Of a stretch of 45,500 bases of DNA, positions 19,771 through 31,064 are shown one piece after another. A program made the translations under genes and the position numbers. Every line of letters begins with the position of its first letter. Position 1 is the first letter of the stretch. Origin of the DNA: Myxococcota bacterium. Lineage in GTDB: Bacteria > Myxococcota_A > Polyangia > Nannocystales > Nannocystaceae. The notes under the pieces are model-generated. The model was not told the origin of the DNA. It did not search any database and saw only the letters and a program-made list of their open reading frames with translations. The stretch covers positions 1 through 45,500 of the forward strand of contig JBCCHT010000065.1 in NCBI GenBank assembly GCA_039028615.1, in the 5' to 3' direction.

Positions 19771-20130
19771 TTAGCCGTCGGCCTTGGCGTCAGCCGCCTT
19801 GGCGTCGGCAGCCGGGGCCGCGCCGCCGTCAGCCTTGGCGTCGGCAGCCGGGGCCGCGCCGCCGTCAGCCTTGGCGTCGGCAGCCGGGGCCGCGCCACCG
19901 TCGGCGGCCGGGGCCGCGCCACCGTCAGCGGCGGGGGCATCAGCCTTCTTGTCGTCGGCCTTCTTGTCGTCGGCCTTCTTGTCGTCAGCCTTCTTGTCGT
20001 CGGCCTTCTTGTCGTCCTTCTTCTTGGAGTCGGCCTTCTTGTCGTCCTTCTTCTCCTCCTTCTTGTCGCAGGCAGCGACACCGAGGGACAGAGACATGGC
20101 GAGGACGGTGAGGATGGTCTTGTGAGTCAT
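19771..20130 (-). CDS. Small Lys/Asp/Ala low-complexity lipoprotein
   Basis: Signal peptide with VAA-C lipobox, GGAG upstream, mature part made only of KKADD and ADGGAAPA repeats. Confidence 0.85.
   Translation of the reverse strand: MTHKTILTVLAMSLSLGVAACDKKEEKKDDKKADSKKKDDKKADDKKADDKKADDKKADDKKADAPAADGGAAPAADGGAAPAADAKADGGAAPAADAKADGGAAPAADAKAADAKADG
19796..20017. repeat. Intragenic tandem repeats: 3x36 bp (19796-19903) and 5x15 bp (19943-20017)
   Basis: Units GCCTTGGCGTCGGCAGCCGGGGCCGCGCCGCCGTCA and GCCTTCTTGTCGTCN read directly. Confidence 0.9.
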
Positions 20131-20200
20131 TGCTGAGCTCCTTGCGTGGCCGCGTCGTAGCGGCCTTCTTCTTCGTGTGTGGGGTGGGGTGGTGTTCTCG

Positions 20201-21739
20201 TCACGAACCGGCCCGGCGCTCTCGGAGCGCCTTCGCGATGGTCGTCATGAGGGTCATGGAATCGTACGGCTTGTTGAGGAAACCGTATACGCCCGCCTTG
20301 CGCAGCTGCGATTCGCGCTCGCGCAGGACGTAGCCAGAGGAGATGATGACTTTGATGTCGGGGTCGAGCTCGACGAGGCGCTTGAATGCCTGTTCACCGT
20401 TGAGGCCGGGCATGTCGAGATCCAAGATGACGAGTTCGACTTTGTCTCGGTTGGCTTGATAAAGCTCGACCGCCTGCGCGCCGTCTTCGGCTGCGAGCAC
20501 TTCCACGCCGGAATGCTCCAAGACTCTGCGGGTTGCATAGCGAACGAGTTCTTCGTCGTCGGCCAACAGCACCGTGCCGCGCACGGGAGAGTAGTGGTCT
20601 TGGGTGACGCGGGGGCGTACGACCGGTTTGACCTGCGCTGCGGGGAGGTACACCCGGAAGGTGGTTCCGCCGCCACGCTCGCTGTCGACCTCGATGTGGC
20701 CGCCGTGATCTCGCACGATCACCGAGGCCGTGGCAAGCCCCAGCCCCGTACCTTTTCCACGGGGTTTGGTCGTAAAGAAGGGCTCGAAGATGCGGCTGCG
20801 GGTCTCCGGGTCCATGCCCACGCCCGTGTCGCGGACCTCGATGACCACGTATTGGCCCGGCGCCAGCAAGGGGGCGCCTTCCTTCTCTTCGTAAATTGCC
20901 TGTCGTTTCGCGGCGATGGTCAGCGTGCCGCCCTCGGGCATCGCATCCCCCGCGTTGATGCACAGGTTCATCAGGACCTGGAGCAGCTGCGAGGGGTCGC
21001 CGATGAGCGTCAGGCCGGCCGGGGCCTCGGTGACCAGAGTGATCGAGCGATGGAGCGTGGCTCGCAGAAGCCGCGTCGCGTCCCCGATCATCGTCGAGGC
21101 GTCGGTCGCCTTGTGCTGGCGCCGGCTGCTGCGGGCGAAGGCCAGGAGCTGATTGGTCAGGTCGACGGCACGGCGCGCCGCGGTCTCGACCTCGGCCAGG
21201 GACTTCCGGGTCACCGCTTCCTCGAGCCGGTCGAGGCTCAACAGGTGGGTGATGTTGGCGAGCACGACGCCGAGCAGGTTGTTGAAGTCGTGCGCAATGC
21301 CGCCGGCCAGCTGGCCCAGCGCCTGGAGCTTTTGCGCCTGGATGCGCTGGTCTTCGAAGCGGTCGCGGCTGGCGAAGAGCAGGATGGTCTGCGAGCCGAC
21401 GGCGATTTTGTCGCCGAACTGGAGCACGCTCTCGGTGATGCGCACGCCGTTGACATAGGTACCGTTGCGGCTGCCCATGTCCTCGACCTTGTAGGTCCCC
21501 AGGTCGGTGCGGACGATCCGGCAGTGCCGACGGGACACGCCGTCGTCGAGAATCTCGATCGGGCTCTGCGGCCCGCGGCCCAGCACCATCTCGTCGCCGA
21601 GCAGATAGCGGCGCCCCATGGCGTGGCCCACCAGCACGATCAGGTGGGCTTCGGCCCCGCTGCGCTTGTCGCCGTCCGCGATGGGCGAGTGACGACGGAG
21701 AGTCAGGGTCGCCGGATCGGTGTCTTGGTTGCCGGGCAC
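20201..21739 (-). CDS. Cytoplasmic hybrid histidine kinase: FHA-HisKA-HATPase-REC
   Basis: FHA (LGRG, SRRH, GSRNGTYVN); H-box IAHDFNN; NAGDAM; DTGVGM; FEPFFTTK; GTGLGL; REC LADDE, LDLDMP, KP; GTG start after GGAG. Confidence 0.92.
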   Translation of the reverse strand: MPGNQDTDPATLTLRRHSPIADGDKRSGAEAHLIVLVGHAMGRRYLLGDEMVLGRGPQSPIEILDDGVSRRHCRIVRTDLGTYKVEDMGSRNGTYVNGVRITESVLQFGDKIAVGSQTILLFASRDRFEDQRIQAQKLQALGQLAGGIAHDFNNLLGVVLANITHLLSLDRLEEAVTRKSLAEVETAARRAVDLTNQLLAFARSSRRQHKATDASTMIGDATRLLRATLHRSITLVTEAPAGLTLIGDPSQLLQVLMNLCINAGDAMPEGGTLTIAAKRQAIYEEKEGAPLLAPGQYVVIEVRDTGVGMDPETRSRIFEPFFTTKPRGKGTGLGLATASVIVRDHGGHIEVDSERGGGTTFRVYLPAAQVKPVVRPRVTQDHYSPVRGTVLLADDEELVRYATRRVLEHSGVEVLAAEDGAQAVELYQANRDKVELVILDLDMPGLNGEQAFKRLVELDPDIKVIISSGYVLRERESQLRKAGVYGFLNKPYDSMTLMTTIAKALRERRAGS

Positions 21740-22034
21740 GTGGCTCCCGAATGGTAACGCGGTCGGGGTCGGGGAGGTGACCCACATCTACCCACCTGGA
21801 CGACCCTCGAAAGAGGCGGTGGTGTCGCGACTCGTACCACCCTCGGGTTTCGGACGTCTAGTCGCCTTCGAGAGCCTCAGCGGGGTCGGGGAACCCCACA
21901 AACACCCCGCGAAACGGCCGTACAGGGGCGAAAACCAACGTTCCTTGCGCGCGCGATGTCCGAACAACCCGCTACGCCGAGCACGAGGCCGAGTTCGGGC
22001 CAGGTCGAGTCGTCGCCGCTGCTACCCTCCGGCC

Positions 22035-22826
22035 ATGTCGCCCCGTGCCCTCGTCGCCCTCGCCTTCCTTTTGGGGGGTGGCTGCTCCGATAAGCGCGCG
22101 AAACCGACTCCGGCCGAGCAATCGCGCGCGAACGTCGAGGCCTCCGATCCCGCGCTGGACACGGATCTCCCGGCACAACGGCCTCCGCGCATCGAGGTCG
22201 ATCTCCGCCGCCGCAACGACAACGGCGACGACGCGGTGCTCAAGCTGACCGAGGCGGGCGCCCGCTACGGGCTCGCGCAGGCCAAGACCCGGGTGGCCCT
22301 GCGCTATCGCCTCGAGCCCGAGGCGCTCGAAAACCTCTACCTCGCGCTGCGCACCAACGGCTTCGACCGCATCGAGACGGGGCCGTCCGATACGAGCGCG
22401 GGCAGCAGCATGCGCGTGCAGGCGGGCCCGGGTCGCTACTCGGTCAGCGCGATGGGCCGCTTCGCCCCCCTGCCCGACTACACCCAGGCCTACGCCAACT
22501 CGGTGGAGGCGGCGGAGAAGCTGTTGCCGAGCGGTCGCAGCACCGTGACCTTCGAGATTCACTGGGACCCGTCGATGCAAGGCAAGACGGCATCGCTCGA
22601 CCTCGACCTCGGCGAGGACTTCGTCGGGTTGGAGCGCGGTCCCGGCACGATGCCCGAGGTCACCCTGCACGTGGCCCAGGAGCGCTCGCTCCAGATCCTG
22701 ATGCGGCACGGCACGCCGCCCGCGTCGTTGACGCTGACGCTCGATGCGGGCAAGGACCGCGGCGTGGAAGTCGCGTTCGATGCCGAGGTCGATTCGGCCG
22801 TGTTGAGGCCGCTGGCGGGCACGTGA
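22035..22826 (+). CDS. Hypothetical lipoprotein
   Basis: MSPRALVALAFLLGGG-C lipobox; GC-biased third codon positions. Confidence 0.7.
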   Translation: MSPRALVALAFLLGGGCSDKRAKPTPAEQSRANVEASDPALDTDLPAQRPPRIEVDLRRRNDNGDDAVLKLTEAGARYGLAQAKTRVALRYRLEPEALENLYLALRTNGFDRIETGPSDTSAGSSMRVQAGPGRYSVSAMGRFAPLPDYTQAYANSVEAAEKLLPSGRSTVTFEIHWDPSMQGKTASLDLDLGEDFVGLERGPGTMPEVTLHVAQERSLQILMRHGTPPASLTLTLDAGKDRGVEVAFDAEVDSAVLRPLAGT

Positions 22827-22890
22827 GCGCACCTGCGCGTACGTCCCGATAGCCGCGCTGGGAGGCGTTTGCGACACTCCTCTCACTCCC

Positions 22891-25074
<2,184 letters not shown>

Positions 25075-25220
25075 GGATCAAGGCGAACGCCGATCCCGAA
25101 CTGCTCCGCCGAGCGCTTCGAACGGCGGCATGAGGGGCGAGCATCGACGGCCGCAGTCGGTCGCATCCCTGCCGCGCAACGGGTCGATCCGGCGAGCTCG
25201 GATGGGCGACCGTACACTTG

Positions 25221-25247
25221 TCGGTCAGATGACCGATTGACAGTCAT
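25221..25247 (+). promoter_or_regulatory. Palindromic operator adjoining a TTGACA -35 hexamer upstream of the DUF1592 gene
   Basis: TCGGTCA-GA-TGACCGA (25221-36), then TTGACA (25237-42); second dyad ATGAC..GTCAT (25229-47); no strong -10 element. Confidence 0.45.
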
Positions 25248-25367
25248 TCGTCCCCCGAAGACTCTCCTGTACGTATTCGAAGTGCCCTCGTCGTCACGAG
25301 GCGGGTGTTTCGCAGGAACGTTGTGGAAGACATCCACAGCACGGGTGCTCAGGAGCGGGGAAGAACA

Positions 25368-27491
25368 ATGCGAATCATCGATAACGATATGGGCTCATTC
25401 CTCAGAGATACGAGGATTCGGGTCACACAGGCAATTCATGTCGCGGTGTTGAGTCTGCTGGTCGTGGGTTGTAATCGCGGAGCGGACCAGGGCGATGACC
25501 CGCCACCGGGAGGAACGGAAGCCGGGGGCAGTGACGGATCGACCGGCACGAGCGAAGAAGAAGACGTGGCCGTGCCGTTCCCGGCGGGCATTCGTCGGCT
25601 GACCCGGCTGCAGGTGGAGAACGCGTACCGGCACGTATTGCTGCACGATGACCTGATCCTCGGCGACCGCCTGCCTCTGGATCCCAGTACCGATGACGAC
25701 TTCGAGTTTGACACCGTGTTGGCGGCGTTCGCCCCGTTTGGTGCCTCCGACGTAATCAAGTTCGACAATGTCGCGCTGTCCGTGGTCGGCGAAGTGTTCG
25801 CCCTTCCTTCTACGACGCTGCTCGATTGCACGCCCACCAACGCTCAGGACGAGTGCTCGCAGGATTATCTACGGGGGATGCTGCGCCGCGCATTTCGAAG
25901 GCCGGCGACGGAGAGCGAACTCGATGAGTACGCTGATCTTGCCCAGCGCACGCAGGACAACCTGGGAGACCCGCTCAAGGGCCTCGAGTTCGCGACGGCG
26001 ACCGCATTGCAGTCGCCATGGTTCCTCTATCACGCGGAGTTCGGCGACGACGAAGACGAACCCGCGGACCAACGACCTCTCGGCGACCACGCGCTCGCAG
26101 CGAGGCTCTCCTTCTTTCTGTGGAACGCGCCTCCGGACGAGGAGCTGAGCGCGCTCGCTGACGCTGGCGAGCTGCAGAGCGAGGAAGTGATTCGAACGCA
26201 GGCTCGGCGACTGCTCTCGGACCCGCGCGGCCGTGAGACCCTGAAGAACTTCTTCACGCAGTGGTTCGGCTACGGCTCGATCGAGCACCTGCCCAAGAAC
26301 AGCGGGGTGTTCCCCGATTTCGGCCCCGAGCTGGCGTCGGGGATGCGCGCCGAGCTGGATCACCTCGTGTTGGGCATCATCGACGGTGCCCCGTATGACA
26401 GCTTGTTTACGTCACGCGAAACATGGGTCACACCGCAGCTCGCCGCGCTCTATGGGATCGACATCCCCGGAGGAGACGTCGAAGCGCAGGTCTTGGAGCA
26501 CTGGGAAGCCGAGGTCGATGGTCAGGGCTGCAACGCTGACGATGTTCCGCCCGAGTTCCACAACCTGTGCAGCGAAGCGTCGGAGATTCGCCGAACGTTT
26601 GTAGTGGAGGAGAAGGCTGCGTCGCACGCGGTGATGGTCCGCGCGTACGCGACTCAGGGGGGTGACGAAGTCACCCGGCTGCGCGTGACGGTGGACGGCA
26701 ATCCCGAGGAGCTGGAGGTCGTCGCGACTTCGGGGGCCCCCGCCATCCACTCCGTCCCGGTGCAACTCGAGCCCGGTGAGCACGAAGTGATCTTGCAGCT
26801 CGCCAATGACTTCTACGAACCCCCGGAGAATCGCGATGTCATAGTGGACTGGATCGAAGTCGTGTCGCATGCGGCCGCACCAGACGCCGTGGTGGAGGCC
26901 GAGCTCCCCCCCGAGAGGCGAGGCCTGCTCACTCGCGCCGGAATCCTCTCGGTGTACGCCAAGCCGATCGATACATCTCCCACGACACGCGGCCTGTTCA
27001 TTCGACAGCGCCTCTTGTGTGAGATCGTCCCGGATCCGCCGCCGGGGGTCGCCACCGATTTGCCTCCGCCTTCGGAAGACGTGAGGACCAACCGCGAACG
27101 CGTGGCTCAACACATGAGCAATGCAACCTGCGCTGCATGCCACCAGTTCATCGATCCGCTCGGGCTCGCACTGGAGCACTTCGATGGCATCGGAGCCTAT
27201 CGAGAGACACAGGATGGCATTCCGCTGGACGTGAGTGGAAGCCTCGACGGCGTGGACTTCGATGGTGCACTGGAGATGGGCGAACTGTTGGCCGATGACC
27301 CTCGTGTGATGAGGTGCGCGGCCAAACAACTCACTCGATTCGCCCTCGGCCAGCACGAGTCATTCGTACAGCTTCCGGGGCTGGAAGAACTCATGGGCGT
27401 ATTGGACGAGACCCGCAGTTGGCCGGCGCTGGTCGAAGCGCTCGTGCTCAGCGACCTGTTCCGTACCGTTTCCGCTCACCGTGAAGACTGA
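25368..27491 (+). CDS. DUF1592/DUF1595/DUF1588/DUF1585 domain lipoprotein with an inserted CBM-like domain
   Basis: IRRLT..Q, RAFRRP, LQSPWFLY, LAARLSFFLWNAPPD.EL, RRGLLT.AG, SPTTRG.FIR..LLC, CAACH..IDPLG..LEHFD.IG.YR; lipobox VVG-C; start uncertain (25305-25389). Confidence 0.88.
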   Translation: MRIIDNDMGSFLRDTRIRVTQAIHVAVLSLLVVGCNRGADQGDDPPPGGTEAGGSDGSTGTSEEEDVAVPFPAGIRRLTRLQVENAYRHVLLHDDLILGDRLPLDPSTDDDFEFDTVLAAFAPFGASDVIKFDNVALSVVGEVFALPSTTLLDCTPTNAQDECSQDYLRGMLRRAFRRPATESELDEYADLAQRTQDNLGDPLKGLEFATATALQSPWFLYHAEFGDDEDEPADQRPLGDHALAARLSFFLWNAPPDEELSALADAGELQSEEVIRTQARRLLSDPRGRETLKNFFTQWFGYGSIEHLPKNSGVFPDFGPELASGMRAELDHLVLGIIDGAPYDSLFTSRETWVTPQLAALYGIDIPGGDVEAQVLEHWEAEVDGQGCNADDVPPEFHNLCSEASEIRRTFVVEEKAASHAVMVRAYATQGGDEVTRLRVTVDGNPEELEVVATSGAPAIHSVPVQLEPGEHEVILQLANDFYEPPENRDVIVDWIEVVSHAAAPDAVVEAELPPERRGLLTRAGILSVYAKPIDTSPTTRGLFIRQRLLCEIVPDPPPGVATDLPPPSEDVRTNRERVAQHMSNATCAACHQFIDPLGLALEHFDGIGAYRETQDGIPLDVSGSLDGVDFDGALEMGELLADDPRVMRCAAKQLTRFALGQHESFVQLPGLEELMGVLDETRSWPALVEALVLSDLFRTVSAHRED

Positions 27492-27515
27492 GCCTCCTGC
27501 GCCTTTCGGAGTTTG

Positions 27516-28964
27516 ATGATGTCGAGAAAACACATCCTTAGCCGACGTACCGTGCTTCGCAGCCTCGCCACGGGAGTGGGGGCCACTGTTGCGTTACCGA
27601 TCCTCGAGTGCATGCTCGGCGACCACGGGGTCGCGTTCGCCGAGGATGGCGAAGCGATTCCGATCCGCTACGGTGTCTTCTTTTGGGGCAACGGTGTCCG
27701 TCCCGACCGCTGGGTGCCCAACAAGGTCGGCGGAGAGTGGTGGACCGATTCCAGCGAAGAGCTGGCGCCAATCGCCAATAACCCGATGATTCGGGAACGG
27801 GTCAGCATCCTCTCTGGCTTCCGATTGCTGGACAATTCGGGGAGTGCTCACCACAAGTCGCGCGCCCAAATGCTGACGGGGGCCTATCAGGCCAGCGCCA
27901 ATGGCAACTGTTGTGGGAACGTTGCCGGTGCCAGCTCGGACTGGTTGGTTCGTCAGGCCTGGGCAGGACAGAGTCAGCTACGCGACGCAGTCGATGTAGG
28001 GATCTCGCAGTCCAACAAAGGGGCGTCGAACTTCAACGTGAACTCCGGCACCGTGTTCAACGGCGACGGAAATGCACAGCCATTGGAGATGTCGCCCCGG
28101 GCGGTCTACGATTCGCTCTTCGGCAACGGGCTGCCCAAGGACCTGCCTCAAGTCGATATTGCCGCGTTTCAGGACAGCCGGCTCAGCATGGTCGACCTGG
28201 TGCGCGAAGACGCGGCCAGGCTTCGAACGAGGCTGGGGTCCGCGGACCAGCATCGGCTCGACGACCATCTCGATCATCTTCGCCAGGTCGAGCATGGCAT
28301 CGAGAACCTGGAGGCAGCCAGTGCTTGTGTGCTTCCCGCTACGGTTCCAGACAACGCCGACGCCTACCGACAGTCAGTGATGATCAAACAGGACGGCCAG
28401 CAAGCGACCATCACTGGCGAGCTGCTGACCGAAAAGAACGCCGTCATGGCGGAGCTGCTCGCCTTGGGGTTGGCCTGCGATCTAACCCGGGTGTTCTCGT
28501 TTCAGCACCATGGGATGCAGACCGACACCATGTTCTGGAACCTACCGAGTGTATCTCTCGGATCACACCAATCCACCCATGACGACCGCAATGACAGTCC
28601 CAACCCGGAGGCCCAAGACTTCGAGGCGGTCCACGAGATCGCCACATTCGTAATGTCGCAGTTCGGGGTGCTGCTCGACGCATTCGCTCGCATCCCCGAA
28701 GGTGCGGGCGATCTGCTGGACAACGTTGGCATCTACGCCACGAGCGAGTATGGGAACGCCAGCACACACTCGCTCGACAACATGGCGATCATGGTGGCGG
28801 GTCGTGCGGGTGGTGCCCTTCGCAGCGGTACGCACTACGATGGCGGGGGCCGCAACGCAGTGGAGGTTCCTCTCACGCTGATGCGCGCGGTCGGCTTGGA
28901 CATCGATGGCTTTGGTCAGGGAGTCTCTCGCGCGACGGCATCCTTCGACGCGATGCTCACCTGA
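27516..28964 (+). CDS. DUF1552 domain protein with Tat-like signal
   Basis: LSRRTVLR..G..VALP.LE.M, FFWGNGV, S..D.V.ED...L..RLG..D..RLD.HL, LACDLTRV, H..TH, LLDN. Confidence 0.9.
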   Translation: MMSRKHILSRRTVLRSLATGVGATVALPILECMLGDHGVAFAEDGEAIPIRYGVFFWGNGVRPDRWVPNKVGGEWWTDSSEELAPIANNPMIRERVSILSGFRLLDNSGSAHHKSRAQMLTGAYQASANGNCCGNVAGASSDWLVRQAWAGQSQLRDAVDVGISQSNKGASNFNVNSGTVFNGDGNAQPLEMSPRAVYDSLFGNGLPKDLPQVDIAAFQDSRLSMVDLVREDAARLRTRLGSADQHRLDDHLDHLRQVEHGIENLEAASACVLPATVPDNADAYRQSVMIKQDGQQATITGELLTEKNAVMAELLALGLACDLTRVFSFQHHGMQTDTMFWNLPSVSLGSHQSTHDDRNDSPNPEAQDFEAVHEIATFVMSQFGVLLDAFARIPEGAGDLLDNVGIYATSEYGNASTHSLDNMAIMVAGRAGGALRSGTHYDGGGRNAVEVPLTLMRAVGLDIDGFGQGVSRATASFDAMLT

Positions 28965-29010
28965 GCGGTCAGTGCTCGCCGAACGGCGTGCTCGGCTTCG
29001 AAGACTCCAG

Positions 29011-29922
29011 CTACGGCTCGCGGCCCACGACGGGCAGCTCGCCCTGGGGCCCCGGGTCGTGGGTCGGCGTGGCCAGATCGACCACCGCGTTGGGCTCGGC
29101 GACCACGTCGTCGTCCGACAGGCCGCCCCAGGCTTGGCGTAGGTGCTCGAGCACCAGCAGGGTGAGCAGGGCCTGCCCGCGCTCGGTGGGGTGCAGCAGG
29201 TCCCACTGGAGCAGCTCGCCCGTCGACTCGTCGACGATCATCTCGCCCAGCGGAATCTCGCGTTCCTGCTTGATCGACCGCATCCACCCCGCCAGCGGCA
29301 CCAGGTGCACCAAGGGTCGCTGCGCCGCCCACTGTTCGATGTCCTCGTTGAGCACGGCCAGGTCGCCGGGCGCGGGGATCTGCAGCGGCGAGATCATCGT
29401 GCGCGAGGCCCCGCGCACGTCGGGCAGGTCACCCACGAACACGGGCACGTCGAGTTCATCGAGCATGGCCATGCCCTGCTGCAGCTCGGCCCGACGCTGC
29501 TCGAAGGGTTTGACGCCGTGGGCGAACCAGAACAGGAAATCGATGGCGAACACCACGCGGACTCGACGCAAGCGCATGGACGAGACCTGCAGGCTGCCCA
29601 GGTCGAGCGGACGCAGGAACATCGAGGCGACCGACGAGTCGTGAATGGAGTGCGGCACACGCAGCGCCACGTCGAGCGTGTCGCGGAAGCCGAGCCCGGT
29701 GCCAAAGCCCGCGCTCTGGCTGGCCCCGATGACGCCGATCTTCTCCAGCCGCTCGAGGACCTCGGGGCGGCGAGGGTCGACCGGCTCGGGCTCGGGTTCG
29801 GGTTCCGCGACGACGGGCGCCGAGGGTGGCGACGCGGGGGCACTCGGCGCGGGTCGGCACGCCGCGATCGCGACGACGCCGACCCATGCCCAGCGGAGCC
29901 AGCCAGCCATGCCGCGGCTCAT
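29011..29922 (-). CDS. SGNH/GDSL-like hydrolase lipoprotein
   Basis: Lipobox IAA-C, Pro linker, block I-like VIGASQSAG, block V DLLHP; ATGA overlap with the upstream gene. Confidence 0.65.
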   Translation of the reverse strand: MSRGMAGWLRWAWVGVVAIAACRPAPSAPASPPSAPVVAEPEPEPEPVDPRRPEVLERLEKIGVIGASQSAGFGTGLGFRDTLDVALRVPHSIHDSSVASMFLRPLDLGSLQVSSMRLRRVRVVFAIDFLFWFAHGVKPFEQRRAELQQGMAMLDELDVPVFVGDLPDVRGASRTMISPLQIPAPGDLAVLNEDIEQWAAQRPLVHLVPLAGWMRSIKQEREIPLGEMIVDESTGELLQWDLLHPTERGQALLTLLVLEHLRQAWGGLSDDDVVAEPNAVVDLATPTHDPGPQGELPVVGREP

Positions 29923-31064
29923 TCCTTGACCGGCGCGTCCTCGGAGGCTTCTTCTTCGACCGCCTCTTCGACCTCGTCGGGAGCGGGCTGCGGGGGCATT
30001 CGCCCCTGCTCGCGCTGAATGAACGAGGACACGCTCGGATCGGCGGCTCGCGCCTGCGCGTAGAGCTTCTTGGCCGGCCCCATCGACCCCTCGAGCTCCT
30101 TGCACAGGCCCAGGCCGGCCAGCGCCCGCGCGCGGATCGAGTCGTCGTTGGACTTGCGGGCCTTGGCGTAGCGCATCTCGGCGAGCCCACACCGACCGCT
30201 GCGCCGCAGGGAGTCACCCTCGACGACGTCCGACATCAGATCTTTGCCGCTCTCCTTGCCGCCCTTGGGCTTCGGCTTCGGCTTGGACGCGGGAGCGGAC
30301 GGGTACCCGCCGCCCTTGCTCCCGCTGCTCGGCACGCCGCCGGGGATGCCGCCCGGGATGCCGCCCGCGGACTTCTTGCCCTTGGAGGCGGCTCGCTTGG
30401 ATGGCTCCTTCTTCGGCTCCCGGGCGACGGCGGGCTCCTCGGAGGGGGCCTCCGGCTGGGCGTCGTCGGCCTCGGGCTCCGGCTCCGGTTTATCCTCGGC
30501 GATGAGCCCAGGCGCCTCGGCGCCGCCGATGGCCGCCGCTCCTGCGCCGCGCTGGGTCTGCTCGAAGCGGAACGCATCACCGCTGGGCTCGCTCGACGCG
30601 GACGCATCGGCCAGTCGCGAGTCCGCGGGCTTGGCCGCGGCGGGCGGTGCCGACTCGGCCTTGGCGCTCTCGTTCGCGGTGTTCTTCGCGACGGCGGACT
30701 CTTCGGCCTCCTCCGCGCCGCTCGGCCACAGCATGACCAGCAAGAGCGCCGCGCTCCCGGCAAAGGCGAGCGTGGGGAGCCACGCGCCCCCGGTGAGCCG
30801 CGACCACCACGAGCCCTCGGCCGCCGCGGCCGGAGCTCCGTTGGCCGCCGCCTGGCGAGCCTCGGCCATCACGCCGTCGAGCAGCCCGGAAGGCACGTCC
30901 TCCATGGGCAGCGCCTCGCGGCTGAGCTCGAGGATCTCGCGGAACTCGACCAGGCGCTCGTCCACCGGGTCATCGGCGGCGGGCTCGAACAGCTCGTCCT
31001 CGAGGCCTTCGAGGGCGTCCTCGAGGCGGTCGAGCTGCTCGGGGCTGAACTCGGCTCTAGACAT
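29919..31064 (-). CDS. Putative membrane anti-sigma factor with C-terminal TPR-like domain
   Basis: Overlaps the ECF sigma stop; acidic N-domain, single TM (LAFAGSAALLLVMLW), disordered linker, helical repeats with two Cys. Confidence 0.65.
   Translation of the reverse strand: MSRAEFSPEQLDRLEDALEGLEDELFEPAADDPVDERLVEFREILELSREALPMEDVPSGLLDGVMAEARQAAANGAPAAAAEGSWWSRLTGGAWLPTLAFAGSAALLLVMLWPSGAEEAEESAVAKNTANESAKAESAPPAAAKPADSRLADASASSEPSGDAFRFEQTQRGAGAAAIGGAEAPGLIAEDKPEPEPEADDAQPEAPSEEPAVAREPKKEPSKRAASKGKKSAGGIPGGIPGGVPSSGSKGGGYPSAPASKPKPKPKGGKESGKDLMSDVVEGDSLRRSGRCGLAEMRYAKARKSNDDSIRARALAGLGLCKELEGSMGPAKKLYAQARAADPSVSSFIQREQGRMPPQPAPDEVEEAVEEEASEDAPVKE

Noticed and set aside
19796..19903. 36-bp repeats of CRISPR-like length
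   Set aside because: Directly tandem with no spacers, in frame within a lipoprotein gene, and no cas genes
20250..20900. More A/T-ending codons in the kinase C-terminal half, suggesting a mosaic gene
   Set aside because: The frame and all motifs are intact and no junction is visible; the signal is too weak without computing GC3
25075..25135. Possible direct repeat with 28965-29005 flanking the DUF1592/DUF1552 cassette
   Set aside because: Only short scrambled matches (GAACGGCG, GCTTCGAA); not a convincing att site or target duplication
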